DNA of 64,000 nt from an uncultured Clostridiaceae bacterium (GTDB lineage Bacteria > Bacillota_I > Bacilli_A > RFN20 > CAG-288). The notes under the pieces are model-generated. The model did not search any database, was not told the DNA's origin, and saw nothing but the letters and a program-made list of their open reading frames with translations. Below are positions 18,288-27,592 of this stretch, piece after piece (the first letter of the stretch is position 1; each line of letters starts with the position of its first letter). The stretch is taken from NCBI GenBank assembly GCA_964427595.1, contig CAYRUQ010000001.1:4690-68689 (forward strand), given 5' to 3'. The position numbers were made by a program, and so were the translations under genes.

Positions 18288-18831
18288 TGAAAGATTAAAT
18301 CGTCGCTATGTCTATGTCGTAGAAGGAAAGAGCGACGAAGACAAATTAAAGAAAGCGGGTTGTCTTTTCGTCATCAAAACCGGCGGTCGTTATATAAGAC
18401 CGGAAATCATAGAATTCATCAAAGAAGTTCATAAGAAAAGGGAACTGGTTTTAGTTTTAGATCCAGATGGCCCTGGAAGAGATATCAAAGCTCATATTGA
18501 AAGAGCAACAGGAACTTGTCTTCACGCTGATGCTGACATTAAAGAAGCTAAAAGACATGGTAAAGTAGGCATCGCACAAATGTCTCTAGAAGCTATTAAA
18601 AATCTGATTAAACCTTTTATCACTCACGATCTTTTCATCGATGAGAACCTCTCTTTAGAAGATGATGATTTATATGATTTAGGTCTATATGGGCCAGGTG
18701 GAAAGAAAGAGAGATACAAGTTGATTAACAAGTATCATATTCCGTACACTTCTTTTAAAAACGTTGAAGATGCTTTATTGATGTTATGTGTAGATAAAAA
18801 ACAATTGATTGAGGATTTAAAAGATGACTGA
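18274..18831 (+). CDS. rnmV: Ribonuclease M5 (TOPRIM)
   Basis: Start moved to ATG 18274, which has a GGAGAG RBS. VVEGKSDEDKLKK and LVLDPDGPGRDI are TOPRIM motifs. Conserved rnmV-rsmA pairing. Confidence 0.8.
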   Translation: MDKSDERLNRRYVYVVEGKSDEDKLKKAGCLFVIKTGGRYIRPEIIEFIKEVHKKRELVLVLDPDGPGRDIKAHIERATGTCLHADADIKEAKRHGKVGIAQMSLEAIKNLIKPFITHDLFIDENLSLEDDDLYDLGLYGPGGKKERYKLINKYHIPYTSFKNVEDALLMLCVDKKQLIEDLKDD

Positions 18832-19642
18832 AAAAGAAAGAGTCAAAGGATTATTAACTGAATATAACCTTGTTGCTAAAAAGTCTTTCGGTCAGAATTT
18901 CCTTATCAATGAAGGTATCATCAATAGAATCATCAAAGGTCTTGATGTTCCTAGTTTCAAGACCATCATTGAGATAGGACCTGGTCTTGGTGCTCTCACT
19001 TTAAGACTTGAAAAAGAAGCTTCTCATCTCATCGCTGTTGATGCTGATAGAGATATGATCAAGGTTCTTTCTTCAATCGTTGATAAAGAAAAAGCGACTT
19101 TGATCGAGTCTGATTTCCTTCGTTTTGATCCTGATTTGTATTCTCTTCCTGAAGAGAGATTGTTTGTAGGAAACCTACCCTTTAACATCACCTCTGAACT
19201 TCTTGAATATCTCTTGTCTAAGAAGTTTAAAAAAGCAGGTGTGATGGTTCAAAAAGAAGTGGCTGATAAACTAGATTACAAGCCCGGAAAGAAAGACAAT
19301 AATGCCCTGGGTGCTTATATAGCTTGTACATGCGATTACTCGCTTCTCACCTTCGTTGATAAATCTTGTTTTGATCCTGTACCTAAAGTTGATTCTTCTT
19401 TTGTGACTTTAGATTTCAAAAACGATTTTCCTTTCGAGGCTTATCAGATTTTTAAAGTAGCTTTTAAAGATCCTAATAAAACTATCTCTAACTGTTTTAA
19501 GCAATTCACAAGATACAAAGATCTCTTACCTTCTTTAAAGGAGAATCTTCCTGATATTCTTTCAGTCAGAGCTAGACAGCTTGATGTTGAAGATCTTAAG
19601 AAGTTAGCGTCCTTTGTTATATCGTTAGAGAAGACGAAGTAA
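18824..19642 (+). CDS. rsmA: 16S rRNA (adenine1518/1519-N6)-dimethyltransferase
   Basis: 272 aa. KSFGQNFL, EIGPGLGALT and GNLPFNI motifs. Confidence 0.9.
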   Translation: MTEKERVKGLLTEYNLVAKKSFGQNFLINEGIINRIIKGLDVPSFKTIIEIGPGLGALTLRLEKEASHLIAVDADRDMIKVLSSIVDKEKATLIESDFLRFDPDLYSLPEERLFVGNLPFNITSELLEYLLSKKFKKAGVMVQKEVADKLDYKPGKKDNNALGAYIACTCDYSLLTFVDKSCFDPVPKVDSSFVTLDFKNDFPFEAYQIFKVAFKDPNKTISNCFKQFTRYKDLLPSLKENLPDILSVRARQLDVEDLKKLASFVISLEKTK

Positions 19643-19683
19643 CTTATAATGTTAATAAATAGTCAACAGAGGTTATTCACAAC

Positions 19684-20808
19684 ATGGATTATCAAAAGAA
19701 AGAAGTGAAAACACATCAAGAATTCATCTCTCTATGCTTTGAACATGACCATTGTCCGGAAACCTTGATATTAAATGACGATAAAGAAATTTCTCTCCTA
19801 GTTCAAAACACTTTTTCTCTGTTTAAAAAAGGTCAAGACGATGCTGGTGCTTTATGTGCTTATGTTCTTTTAAGCAAAGATATCGATATTCCTAAAGCTC
19901 TTGATATCATCCATGTTTTGATCAAAGATAATCACCCTTCTGGATACTATTTGATGGGTGAATGTTATCGTTTAGGAAAAGGTGTTTCTAAACAGATTGA
20001 TAATGCTGCTTTTTATTACCAGAAGGCTGCTGATATGAGTGAACCGATGTCTTTAACAAGACTCGGAATCAATCATTACTACGGAATAGGAACTGAACCT
20101 GATGTTGAAACTGCTCTTCCTTACTTTCAAAAAGCAGCTGCTTTAAATCAACCAGTCAGCCAGTATTCCTTAGGTCTCATCTATTCTGATGTCAAAGGAA
20201 AGCATTACAACAAGAAGCAAGCTTTCAATTGGTTTTTAAAAGCAGCTAGACAGGGATTTGATGAAGCACAATGTCGCATCGCTTTAGCATATAAATACGG
20301 AGATGGTGTTCCTCAAGATTTACTTGAGAGTGTGAAGTGGTATCAAAAAGCTGCTCTTCAGAATAATCGCATCGCTTTAAACAATTTAGGCATGGCTTAT
20401 GAGAGAGGCATCGGTATCAATCAAGATTTAGAAAAAGCCAAAGATTGTTATGAGAAAGCTGCTCTTCAAAACTATGCGCCTAGTGAATATAGACTCGGTC
20501 TTCTTTATTTAAAAGGACAGGGTGTCGTTCAAGATTATGACAACGCCTTTAAACATTTAAAAAGAGCGAGTGATAAAGGATACTCGCTCGCTTACGCTTT
20601 CATCGGTGATTTTTATCTTGATGGCAATGTTGTTAAGAAAGATGAAAAATCCGCTTTCAATTACTATAGACTCGGTGCTGAAGCTGGTATCGCTAAAGCC
20701 CAAGCCAGTCTTTCTAAATGTTATTTGCTTGGTATTGGAACAACTAAAAACACTGAAAAAGCTGAGAAATGGCATCAATTAGCCCTCAAACAAGGTTATA
20801 ACGAATAA
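19684..20808 (+). CDS. Sel1-like repeat (SLR/TPR-type) protein
   Basis: 374 aa. About 8 tandem 36-aa repeats of the form A..WY.KAA.QG...A...LG..Y..G.GV..D. Confidence 0.8.
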   Translation: MDYQKKEVKTHQEFISLCFEHDHCPETLILNDDKEISLLVQNTFSLFKKGQDDAGALCAYVLLSKDIDIPKALDIIHVLIKDNHPSGYYLMGECYRLGKGVSKQIDNAAFYYQKAADMSEPMSLTRLGINHYYGIGTEPDVETALPYFQKAAALNQPVSQYSLGLIYSDVKGKHYNKKQAFNWFLKAARQGFDEAQCRIALAYKYGDGVPQDLLESVKWYQKAALQNNRIALNNLGMAYERGIGINQDLEKAKDCYEKAALQNYAPSEYRLGLLYLKGQGVVQDYDNAFKHLKRASDKGYSLAYAFIGDFYLDGNVVKKDEKSAFNYYRLGAEAGIAKAQASLSKCYLLGIGTTKNTEKAEKWHQLALKQGYNE

Positions 20809-20813
20809 GTCTT

Positions 20814-21773
20814 TTATTTGCTTTTTAGATCAAAATGATTGTCGTTATCAAAGAAAGATTCGAAAGAATCATCATTTACATTTGTAGTGTCAGGAATTGG
20901 TACATTATCGATAGTTTGAGGAGCAACAGCAGTTGGAGTTTCGATCTCAATTTCTTTTTCCACGACTTTGTTTTTCTCTCTGAGAAGTGAGTCTTGAAGA
21001 GACGGAAAGAAGTGGAAGACAAGACCAGTTGCTGTGATTCCTAAAGTAGCGCCAACAACATCAGCAACAACATCAAACATAGTGTCTTCTACCGCATAGT
21101 GGAAACCGTAGAAATAACGATAAAACTCAAGTAATTCTTCATCAGTAATATCACTTGAAATCTGCCAAGTTGAACCGGTCAAATCCATATAATCCTGGAA
21201 TTGATCAGGTAAGTATTTCTGCATATTAGTGCCAGCTATCATATCAAAGGAGAACTCATAAAGTTCCCATAACATCTGAACGCCTAAAGCGAAGAAGAAA
21301 CCGAAAATCAAAGCATAAACGACTTGATGCGACCCACCCTTATTAGTCTTAGCTAAGAAGAATTTTGCGACGACATAACCAACTAAAGCGAGTTCGGCAG
21401 TACCGATAGCATGAAGGATTTTGTCGTATCCTGTGACATTGAGGAAGACTTGGCATGCTTCTCCTAAAACGATAGAGAAGAAAAGATCAAGTAAGATAAC
21501 GATATCAACAAAAAGTCCTATCTTAACTTTGAATATCTTTTCAACGAGAGTAGTACCCCAGATACCGACGGCACCACAGCATGCTCCGATGATAACTGTT
21601 CTAGCTTGTTGAGCTCCCCAGTATTCAGTGACTCCACAAAAAGTAGTGATAGCAAGAATCAACAAAAGCACATAGGTGAGTTCTTGAACGCCGACAATTA
21701 TGATTCTCGGAATGTTCAATCTTTCGTGTGGTTCAACAAGATTTTCCATCAACTTTTCTTCGTTTTTGCTCAT
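20814..21773 (-). CDS. Hypothetical multi-pass membrane protein
   Basis: Start moved to ATG 21773, which has a GGAGGA RBS 6 nt upstream; the track start at 21872 would overlap prs. About 7 TM helices and an acidic C-terminal tail. Confidence 0.55.
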   Translation of the reverse strand: MSKNEEKLMENLVEPHERLNIPRIIIVGVQELTYVLLLILAITTFCGVTEYWGAQQARTVIIGACCGAVGIWGTTLVEKIFKVKIGLFVDIVILLDLFFSIVLGEACQVFLNVTGYDKILHAIGTAELALVGYVVAKFFLAKTNKGGSHQVVYALIFGFFFALGVQMLWELYEFSFDMIAGTNMQKYLPDQFQDYMDLTGSTWQISSDITDEELLEFYRYFYGFHYAVEDTMFDVVADVVGATLGITATGLVFHFFPSLQDSLLREKNKVVEKEIEIETPTAVAPQTIDNVPIPDTTNVNDDSFESFFDNDNHFDLKSK

Positions 21774-21801
21774 TTTTTCCTCCTCGACTATATCTTCCTT
21801 T

Positions 21802-22776
21802 TTAATCGTTGAAATCTGTATAACAATCCGATAGTGAAGTGTGGTTGTTGATAGCATAGATAGCGTTAGCAATCAGTTTAGATAATGTGCAGACTTTGAT
21901 GTTGATATTTGAATTTTTAAACTTGTCGGTAAGAGGGATTGAGTCTGTAACATAAATCTTCTTAAAGACATTAGCTTCACTGATTCTTTCAAAAGCAGGA
22001 TCAGAGAAGACTGGGTGAGTAGCTGCGATGAAAACATCGTTGGCTCCCTCTTTGATAAGTGCTTTAGCAGCAGCCACTGCTGAACCAGCGGTGTCGATCA
22101 TATCGTCGATGATAAGACAACTCTTACCTTTAACATCACCGATGATGTTCATGACTTCAGGTTGATAAGAAGCTGTTCTTCTCTTGTCGATGATAGCGAT
22201 AGGTGTGTTTAATCTTTCAGCCATTCTTCTCGCTCTGTTGACTCCACCATGATCAGGAGAGACAACGACAAGATTAGTTTTATCAATATCATGATCATGA
22301 CTGATAGCATGTCCGAGTATCGGGATAGCCGTTAAATCATCTTCGATGCAAGCGAAGAAACCTTGAATCTGAGCGGCGTGAAGATCGAAAGTCACAACTC
22401 TATCAGCACCTGCTGTCGCAAACAAATCAGCGACTAATTTAGCAGTGATAGGTTCTCTCGGTTTTGATTTTCTATCTTGTCTAGCATACCCAAAATAAGG
22501 AACGATGACATTGATCTGGCTTGCTGACGAACGTCTGATCGCATCGATAAAAATCAAAGCTTCCATCAAATTATCATTAACAGGAGGACAAGTGGGTTGA
22601 ATGACGAAAACTTGTTTTCCTCTGACAGAGCTAGTCGGACAAGCCATGATTTCTCTAGAAGGGAAATGGGATACTCTGGCATCTGATAAGGGAATCTCAA
22701 GATAGTCTGCTACTTTTTGAGCTAATTCTTTGTTAGCAGTAAGAGAAAACAGCACGGCATCGTTCTTTAGTTTCAT
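21802..22776 (-). CDS. prs: Ribose-phosphate pyrophosphokinase
   Basis: 324 aa. YFGYARQDRK, VVSPDHGG and the PRPP loop IIDDMIDTAGS. Confidence 0.95.
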   Translation of the reverse strand: MKLKNDAVLFSLTANKELAQKVADYLEIPLSDARVSHFPSREIMACPTSSVRGKQVFVIQPTCPPVNDNLMEALIFIDAIRRSSASQINVIVPYFGYARQDRKSKPREPITAKLVADLFATAGADRVVTFDLHAAQIQGFFACIEDDLTAIPILGHAISHDHDIDKTNLVVVSPDHGGVNRARRMAERLNTPIAIIDKRRTASYQPEVMNIIGDVKGKSCLIIDDMIDTAGSAVAAAKALIKEGANDVFIAATHPVFSDPAFERISEANVFKKIYVTDSIPLTDKFKNSNINIKVCTLSKLIANAIYAINNHTSLSDCYTDFND

Positions 22777-22981
22777 TTGTGCCTCCCAAAAATAGCCACA
22801 ACAATTTTACATTATTATTGATTTATTTCTATTTAAAAACAAACGATTAAGTGATTTTCCGTTTTAAGTAGCATGAATAAAAAGAACTTGAATCGTGGAA
22901 GAAATTAAATTTCAAAGAAATTTATCTTTGCTGTTTTTAGGATTATTAGACTAAAAATTTTTTCTTTACTAAATCCAAGAA

Positions 22982-23929
22982 TTAGTCTTCTTGTTGTTCT
23001 TCTTCGTTTTCTTTGATGTGCTTTTTAAGAAAATCAATGATCCTAGAGTTTATCTTTAAACTTCTCTCTTCTTGAGGACGAGTGATATTAAAAACATGTG
23101 GGTAAGTATCATCGTTGAGAATGAATATCTCATGTTTCATACCAAGAGAAGTCATCTCACTATGAAGTCTTGTCGCTTGTTTTCCGACAAATTTATCACC
23201 AGTAGAAGTAGTGATAAAGACTTCTGGAAACTCGTCTGTTTCCTTGATGAACTCATCAAAAGAAGAACATTTGTAAGTGAGATCTTCTTCAAACTTTTTA
23301 GTGAAGAGCATCTTAAAGAAAGTCTTAGCTGCTCTTTTATTCATAAATTTTGGCTTCTCTAAGAAGATAACATCATGAAGATAAGGAGCCGGATTACAAG
23401 TGACGATAGCGTTGACATCAACTGGTCTTGATATCTGATATAAATTTTGAAGCTTCTCACTATGAGCGATAGTAGCCATTAAAAGAACGAGATGACCTCC
23501 AGCACTATCGCCAACTAAAAAGATATTGTTGGCATCAATATTAAGCTCGCCTGCGTGAACTAAAAGATAATTAAGAGAAGAGAAAAGGTCTTGAACCATC
23601 TCTTTTAATGTCGCATTAAATGCTAATCTGTATGTCGGTAGAGCAACATTGAAACCAAACGAAGAAATATACTTTCCAAAATCAAGGTTGAGATTTCTAT
23701 CTCCGTACATCCAAGCGCCACCATGTACATCAAAAACTAATGGTAATTTGCCATCTCTTTTTTCAGACCAAATAAAATTCATCAAGTGATCTTCACTATT
23801 GTCGTTTAGATAACGAATAACACTAGTTTGAACACCTTCTACTTGTAGATTTTTCTTGTGTTGTTTTTTATCCATTATAGAGGTGATAAAAAACACCCCT
23901 TTGAATGCACCTTTATAAAATATTGACAT
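22982..23929 (-). CDS. Alpha/beta-hydrolase fold-3 esterase/lipase (HSL-like)
   Basis: 315 aa. Oxyanion motif HGGAW and nucleophile elbow GDSAGG. The start is uncertain; the alternative is ATG 23875. Confidence 0.7.
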   Translation of the reverse strand: MSIFYKGAFKGVFFITSIMDKKQHKKNLQVEGVQTSVIRYLNDNSEDHLMNFIWSEKRDGKLPLVFDVHGGAWMYGDRNLNLDFGKYISSFGFNVALPTYRLAFNATLKEMVQDLFSSLNYLLVHAGELNIDANNIFLVGDSAGGHLVLLMATIAHSEKLQNLYQISRPVDVNAIVTCNPAPYLHDVIFLEKPKFMNKRAAKTFFKMLFTKKFEEDLTYKCSSFDEFIKETDEFPEVFITTSTGDKFVGKQATRLHSEMTSLGMKHEIFILNDDTYPHVFNITRPQEERSLKINSRIIDFLKKHIKENEEEQQED

Positions 23930-23932
23930 TGG

Positions 23933-24799
23933 TTAGATACTAAATTGAGTCAAATAAGTCAGATAGTTCTCGTTTTCAAAAGTCTTAGAGACTTTCTCGA
24001 GAAGTTTCTTGTCTTTAGAAAGAGCAAAGCATGCTGATCCTGAACCAGACATTCCGTTTAAAGGAAGGTTGTACATCTCCATCTCTTCTAAAAGACTTCC
24101 GATTAAAGGAAGGCATTTGACCGCTGGAGCAGTTAAAACATTAGCCATTGAGAGTTTCATCTCTTCTTCGTCATCTATCTCTAAAGCTCTGATGAGTCTT
24201 TCGATATTAGGTTTCTTAAGTTTATCCTTGTATAAATCGAAATCTTTATAAACCATCCCAGTTGATAATCCTTGATGTGGTTTAACAATCAAGACATAGT
24301 AAGGATAAGCGACTTTAATCGGATAAAGTTTTTCACCGATTCCTTTTACTCTCGCAGGTTTATTATCAAGGCAAAACGGAACATCAGCTCCGATAGAAAG
24401 GGCAATCTCACTTAATTTTTCAGAAGAGACTTCATCCTTAGGAAGATATTGAGCGATTCCGTTGATGATGGCTGCAGCGTCAGCAGAGCCTCCACCTAAT
24501 CCAGCTTCTACCGGGATTTTCTTGTGAATATATAAACGATAATTATCCTTTAAAGTGAAGGTCTCTTTCATCTTCGCTAAAGCTTGATAGGCGAGATTAG
24601 ACTCATCACAAACAAGTTTAGGATCGTCACATAAAAGGGTGGTGCTGTATTGCGATGAAACAGGTGTTATTTCAATTGAATCATGAAGTTTAACAGGGAT
24701 AGTTACCATGTCGATGTTGTGGTAGCCATCCTCTCTTCTATCAAGAACATCAATAGCTAAGTTGATCTTACCAGGAGCCTTTATCACTGATATGCCCAT
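23933..24799 (-). CDS. ispE: 4-diphosphocytidyl-2-C-methyl-D-erythritol kinase
   Basis: 288 aa. APGKINL N-terminus and GHMP kinase motif PVEAGLGGGSADAAA. Confidence 0.85.
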   Translation of the reverse strand: MGISVIKAPGKINLAIDVLDRREDGYHNIDMVTIPVKLHDSIEITPVSSQYSTTLLCDDPKLVCDESNLAYQALAKMKETFTLKDNYRLYIHKKIPVEAGLGGGSADAAAIINGIAQYLPKDEVSSEKLSEIALSIGADVPFCLDNKPARVKGIGEKLYPIKVAYPYYVLIVKPHQGLSTGMVYKDFDLYKDKLKKPNIERLIRALEIDDEEEMKLSMANVLTAPAVKCLPLIGSLLEEMEMYNLPLNGMSGSGSACFALSKDKKLLEKVSKTFENENYLTYLTQFSI

Positions 24800-24922
24800 A
24801 ATCTTCCTCTATTTAGAAACAGAAAATAAACACTAAAATTATACAAACTAAAAATCAAGAGAAAACAATTAGTTTTCTCCTGAATAAAAAATCTCATTCT
24901 TCTGTCGTGTTATCATATTTTT

Positions 24923-25483
24923 GTGGAAAAACATCTGTCTCGAAACCAACTGCTCCGAAGCTTGATAGAAAGAGCTTATAGTCCTTTTTCAACCACGGAA
25001 ACCATCATGGATGTCAAACATATTCTAGAGACTTCGGATCGTTTTAATGGCTTTAATCATCTCTATTTGGTCGCTTGTTATATCAACAAAGACGACTCGC
25101 TTTTTTATGTGAGTTTTGAAAGTGCTGAAAAGCAACTACAACTCGCTTTAAATGAGAAATGTGATATCGCTTATTACTATCAGTATCTCTTCTATAGAGA
25201 CAGTGATCCTATCAAAGCGAGAGAAGGTCTTTATATCATCTGTGAGTATGATTATGGTCCTGCTCTTTTAGCTTTAGGAAAAGAGTATGAGAAAGGTACT
25301 CTTTTCAAAAAAGATGACAACGAAGCTATCAAATATTACAAAAGAGCAGCTGACACTGGTGAAGTAGAAGCGTTTATCGATGGCATCCTTCTTTCTAAAA
25401 AGAAAAATGATAAACAGAGTGAGGAAATGTTTTATCACCTAGCAGAAGTTAAAAACATTCATCTTCCTGGGAGAGTGTCATGA
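24923..25483 (+). CDS. Small Sel1-like repeat protein
   Basis: 186 aa with a GTG start in the track; ATG at codon 29 is an alternative. LGKEYEKGTLFKKDDNEAIKYYKRAADTG is a Sel1-type repeat. Confidence 0.5.
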   Translation: MEKHLSRNQLLRSLIERAYSPFSTTETIMDVKHILETSDRFNGFNHLYLVACYINKDDSLFYVSFESAEKQLQLALNEKCDIAYYYQYLFYRDSDPIKAREGLYIICEYDYGPALLALGKEYEKGTLFKKDDNEAIKYYKRAADTGEVEAFIDGILLSKKKNDKQSEEMFYHLAEVKNIHLPGRVS

Positions 25484-26100
25484 GAAGAGGAGTCATTGTT
25501 TCTAAACTATCTTGTGATCTTTCTTCTTTAAAAGAAGATGACTATATCATCGCTTGTGATGCTGGTTATTTAAACTTTAAAGATATTGATAGAAAACCCG
25601 ATTTAGTCATCGGCGATTTTGATTCTCTTGCTATTGAGAATCTTGCTGAAAATCAAAAATTCATCCATCTTCCTAAAGAGAAGGATGTGACTGATACTGA
25701 ATATGCTTTATCTCTTCTTCTGAAAGAAGGTTTTGATGAAATCTGTCTTTTTGGAGCTTTAGGCGGAAGGCTAGATATGAGTTTAGTTACCATCTCTCTT
25801 TTATATAAGGTGAGCAAGCTGAACAAAAAAATCTATGCGTTTAAAGATGATGAAATCGTCTTCCCTCTGTATAATTCTATGGTCGAATTTAAGAAAGAAG
25901 CTAAAGGAGTTATCTCCGTCTTCTCTCTTAGTGAAACTTCTAAAGGAGTAGATGAAATTTATCTTAAATACCCTTTATCAAACTATGAATTAAGAAGTGA
26001 TGAACCTCTTGGTGTCTCTAATGAATTCATAGGAAAGAAATCTATCATCAGAGTCAAAGAAGGTGCTCTTCTTGTGATAACAAACAAAGACAACTTATGA
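25480..26100 (+). CDS. thiN: Thiamine pyrophosphokinase
   Basis: 206 aa. IACDAG, VIGDFDS and KDVTDTEYAL motifs. ATGA overlaps on both sides. Confidence 0.8.
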   Translation: MRRGVIVSKLSCDLSSLKEDDYIIACDAGYLNFKDIDRKPDLVIGDFDSLAIENLAENQKFIHLPKEKDVTDTEYALSLLLKEGFDEICLFGALGGRLDMSLVTISLLYKVSKLNKKIYAFKDDEIVFPLYNSMVEFKKEAKGVISVFSLSETSKGVDEIYLKYPLSNYELRSDEPLGVSNEFIGKKSIIRVKEGALLVITNKDNL

Positions 26101-27071
26101 ACAAAGACATACTCGTAGAAAAAGAAAAAGAACCAGTTAAAACAGCGACTATTGTTTCAGTTATATCAATCATTTTGAATCTGCTACTTGGTATATCAAA
26201 GATAACAATAGGAAGAATCATGGGATTTGATTCTGTCTTTTCAGATGGTGTTCATTCAACCGGTGATGTCTTAACTACTATCATCGCTTTAATAGGTGTT
26301 TGGATCGCTGCTGAAAAGAAAAATCATAAGTATAACTACGGACATGAAAGATGGGCGTCTATCGCTTCTTTAATCTTATCTATCATCTTGTTTGTCACAT
26401 CCTTCAGTATCATCTTTGAATCAACTGAGACTTTAGTAGAACAGATAAGTGGAATGATAAATGGTGATACTACCGCAGAGATAGTCGCTAACACTCCTCT
26501 CTTTTGGGTTTCGATGTCGTTGTCAATCGCATCTGTCGTCATCAAAGAAGTGATGTTTAACTTCACGATGCATGCTGCTAAAAAAGCTCATTCGACAGCG
26601 ATGAAAGCTGATGCTTGGCATCAGAGAATAGACGCTTTATCATCAGTGGCTGCTATCATCGCTTTATGTGGATATTACTGGCTTCCTGATAACAACATCC
26701 TCGATCCTATCCTCTCTTATCCGATCGCTGTCATGGTTCTTTTCATCGCTATTGATGTCTTTAAGAAATCAACTAAAGAACTCACTGATCACGCCATCGC
26801 TGATGATAAGTTAGAACTTGTTAAAAAATCTTTAAGTGAAATAATTCCGCTTGAGAAGATCAAACTGATCAGATCAAGAATCTTCTCTGAGAAATTCTAT
26901 CTGGAGATCTTCGTCCTTCTTGAAGAGAATACCAGCATCGAAAAAGTTGATGACTTAGCTGATAAAATTAAAGACAAGCTAATGAGTGATTTTGAAGATC
27001 TTAAAAATGTTTATGTGATCGCTGAACCAGATGATGAGATTCATCGGAGTCAAGAAGAAACTATGAGATGA
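26097..27071 (+). CDS. Cation diffusion facilitator (CDF) family transporter
   Basis: 324 aa. Six TM helices with HSTGDV and DAWHQRIDALSS metal-site-like motifs, plus a C-terminal cytoplasmic domain. Confidence 0.75.
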   Translation: MNKDILVEKEKEPVKTATIVSVISIILNLLLGISKITIGRIMGFDSVFSDGVHSTGDVLTTIIALIGVWIAAEKKNHKYNYGHERWASIASLILSIILFVTSFSIIFESTETLVEQISGMINGDTTAEIVANTPLFWVSMSLSIASVVIKEVMFNFTMHAAKKAHSTAMKADAWHQRIDALSSVAAIIALCGYYWLPDNNILDPILSYPIAVMVLFIAIDVFKKSTKELTDHAIADDKLELVKKSLSEIIPLEKIKLIRSRIFSEKFYLEIFVLLEENTSIEKVDDLADKIKDKLMSDFEDLKNVYVIAEPDDEIHRSQEETMR

Positions 27072-27107
27072 AAAAAGGTCGCCTCGTTTGAGGGGAGCGA
27101 CCTTTTT
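27071..27107. terminator. Bidirectional rho-independent terminator between convergent genes
   Basis: AAAAAAGGTCGCCTC-gttt-GAGGGGAGCGACCTTTTT, with an A-run on one side and a T-run on the other. Confidence 0.8.
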
Positions 27108-27126
27108 ATTTGGTTGAGTTTAAAAA

Positions 27127-27465
27127 TTAAAGTAAATCACCGAAGAAGCGGTCAATAGGACTCACTGTAATAGTGTTTTTCTTTTCTGGTGATGTTGGAT
27201 CGATAACATGACTAGTAATAACTCCTGATTTGCCGTCATTGAATGTGATTTTGTATTTAATCCAAGTTGCACCAGCTGCAACACATTTGAATTCTTTGAT
27301 GTCTTGTTTGGTGAATTCATATTTTGATATTGAAGTCCCTACGATTGCAAACCCATCATCTGTTTTCAATCCTTTTGCACAAGTGAGATAACAACCTGGA
27401 AAATCAGGAGAGTCAACTTCTCCAAAATTAAAATTCGCTCCCTTCATACCATCGAAGAAACCCAT
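27127..27465 (-). CDS. Hypothetical 112-aa protein (no signal peptide, no recognisable motif)
   Basis: Start moved to ATG 27465 (MGFFDGMKG), which has AGGAGG 9 nt upstream. The track start at 27513 lies inside the predicted promoter. Confidence 0.5.
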   Translation of the reverse strand: MGFFDGMKGANFNFGEVDSPDFPGCYLTCAKGLKTDDGFAIVGTSISKYEFTKQDIKEFKCVAAGATWIKYKITFNDGKSGVITSHVIDPTSPEKKNTITVSPIDRFFGDLL

Positions 27466-27487
27466 AATATTAATCCTCCTAGTCGTC

Positions 27488-27513
27488 ATTTTACCCCCCC
27501 TATTACCTGTCAA
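27488..27513 (-). promoter_or_regulatory. Candidate promoter TTGACA-N14-TAAAAT with a G7 tract in the spacer
   Basis: The minus strand reads TTGACA ggtaata GGGGGGG TAAAAT gacgact AGGAGG attaatatt ATG. Confidence 0.45.
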
Positions 27514-27592
27514 GAGTAAGTTAAATTTGACTAATAGTTGAATCAGCTTTTGTTTATTTTCCAGTTTGGGTTTAGTTTTAATTTTTTATTTA

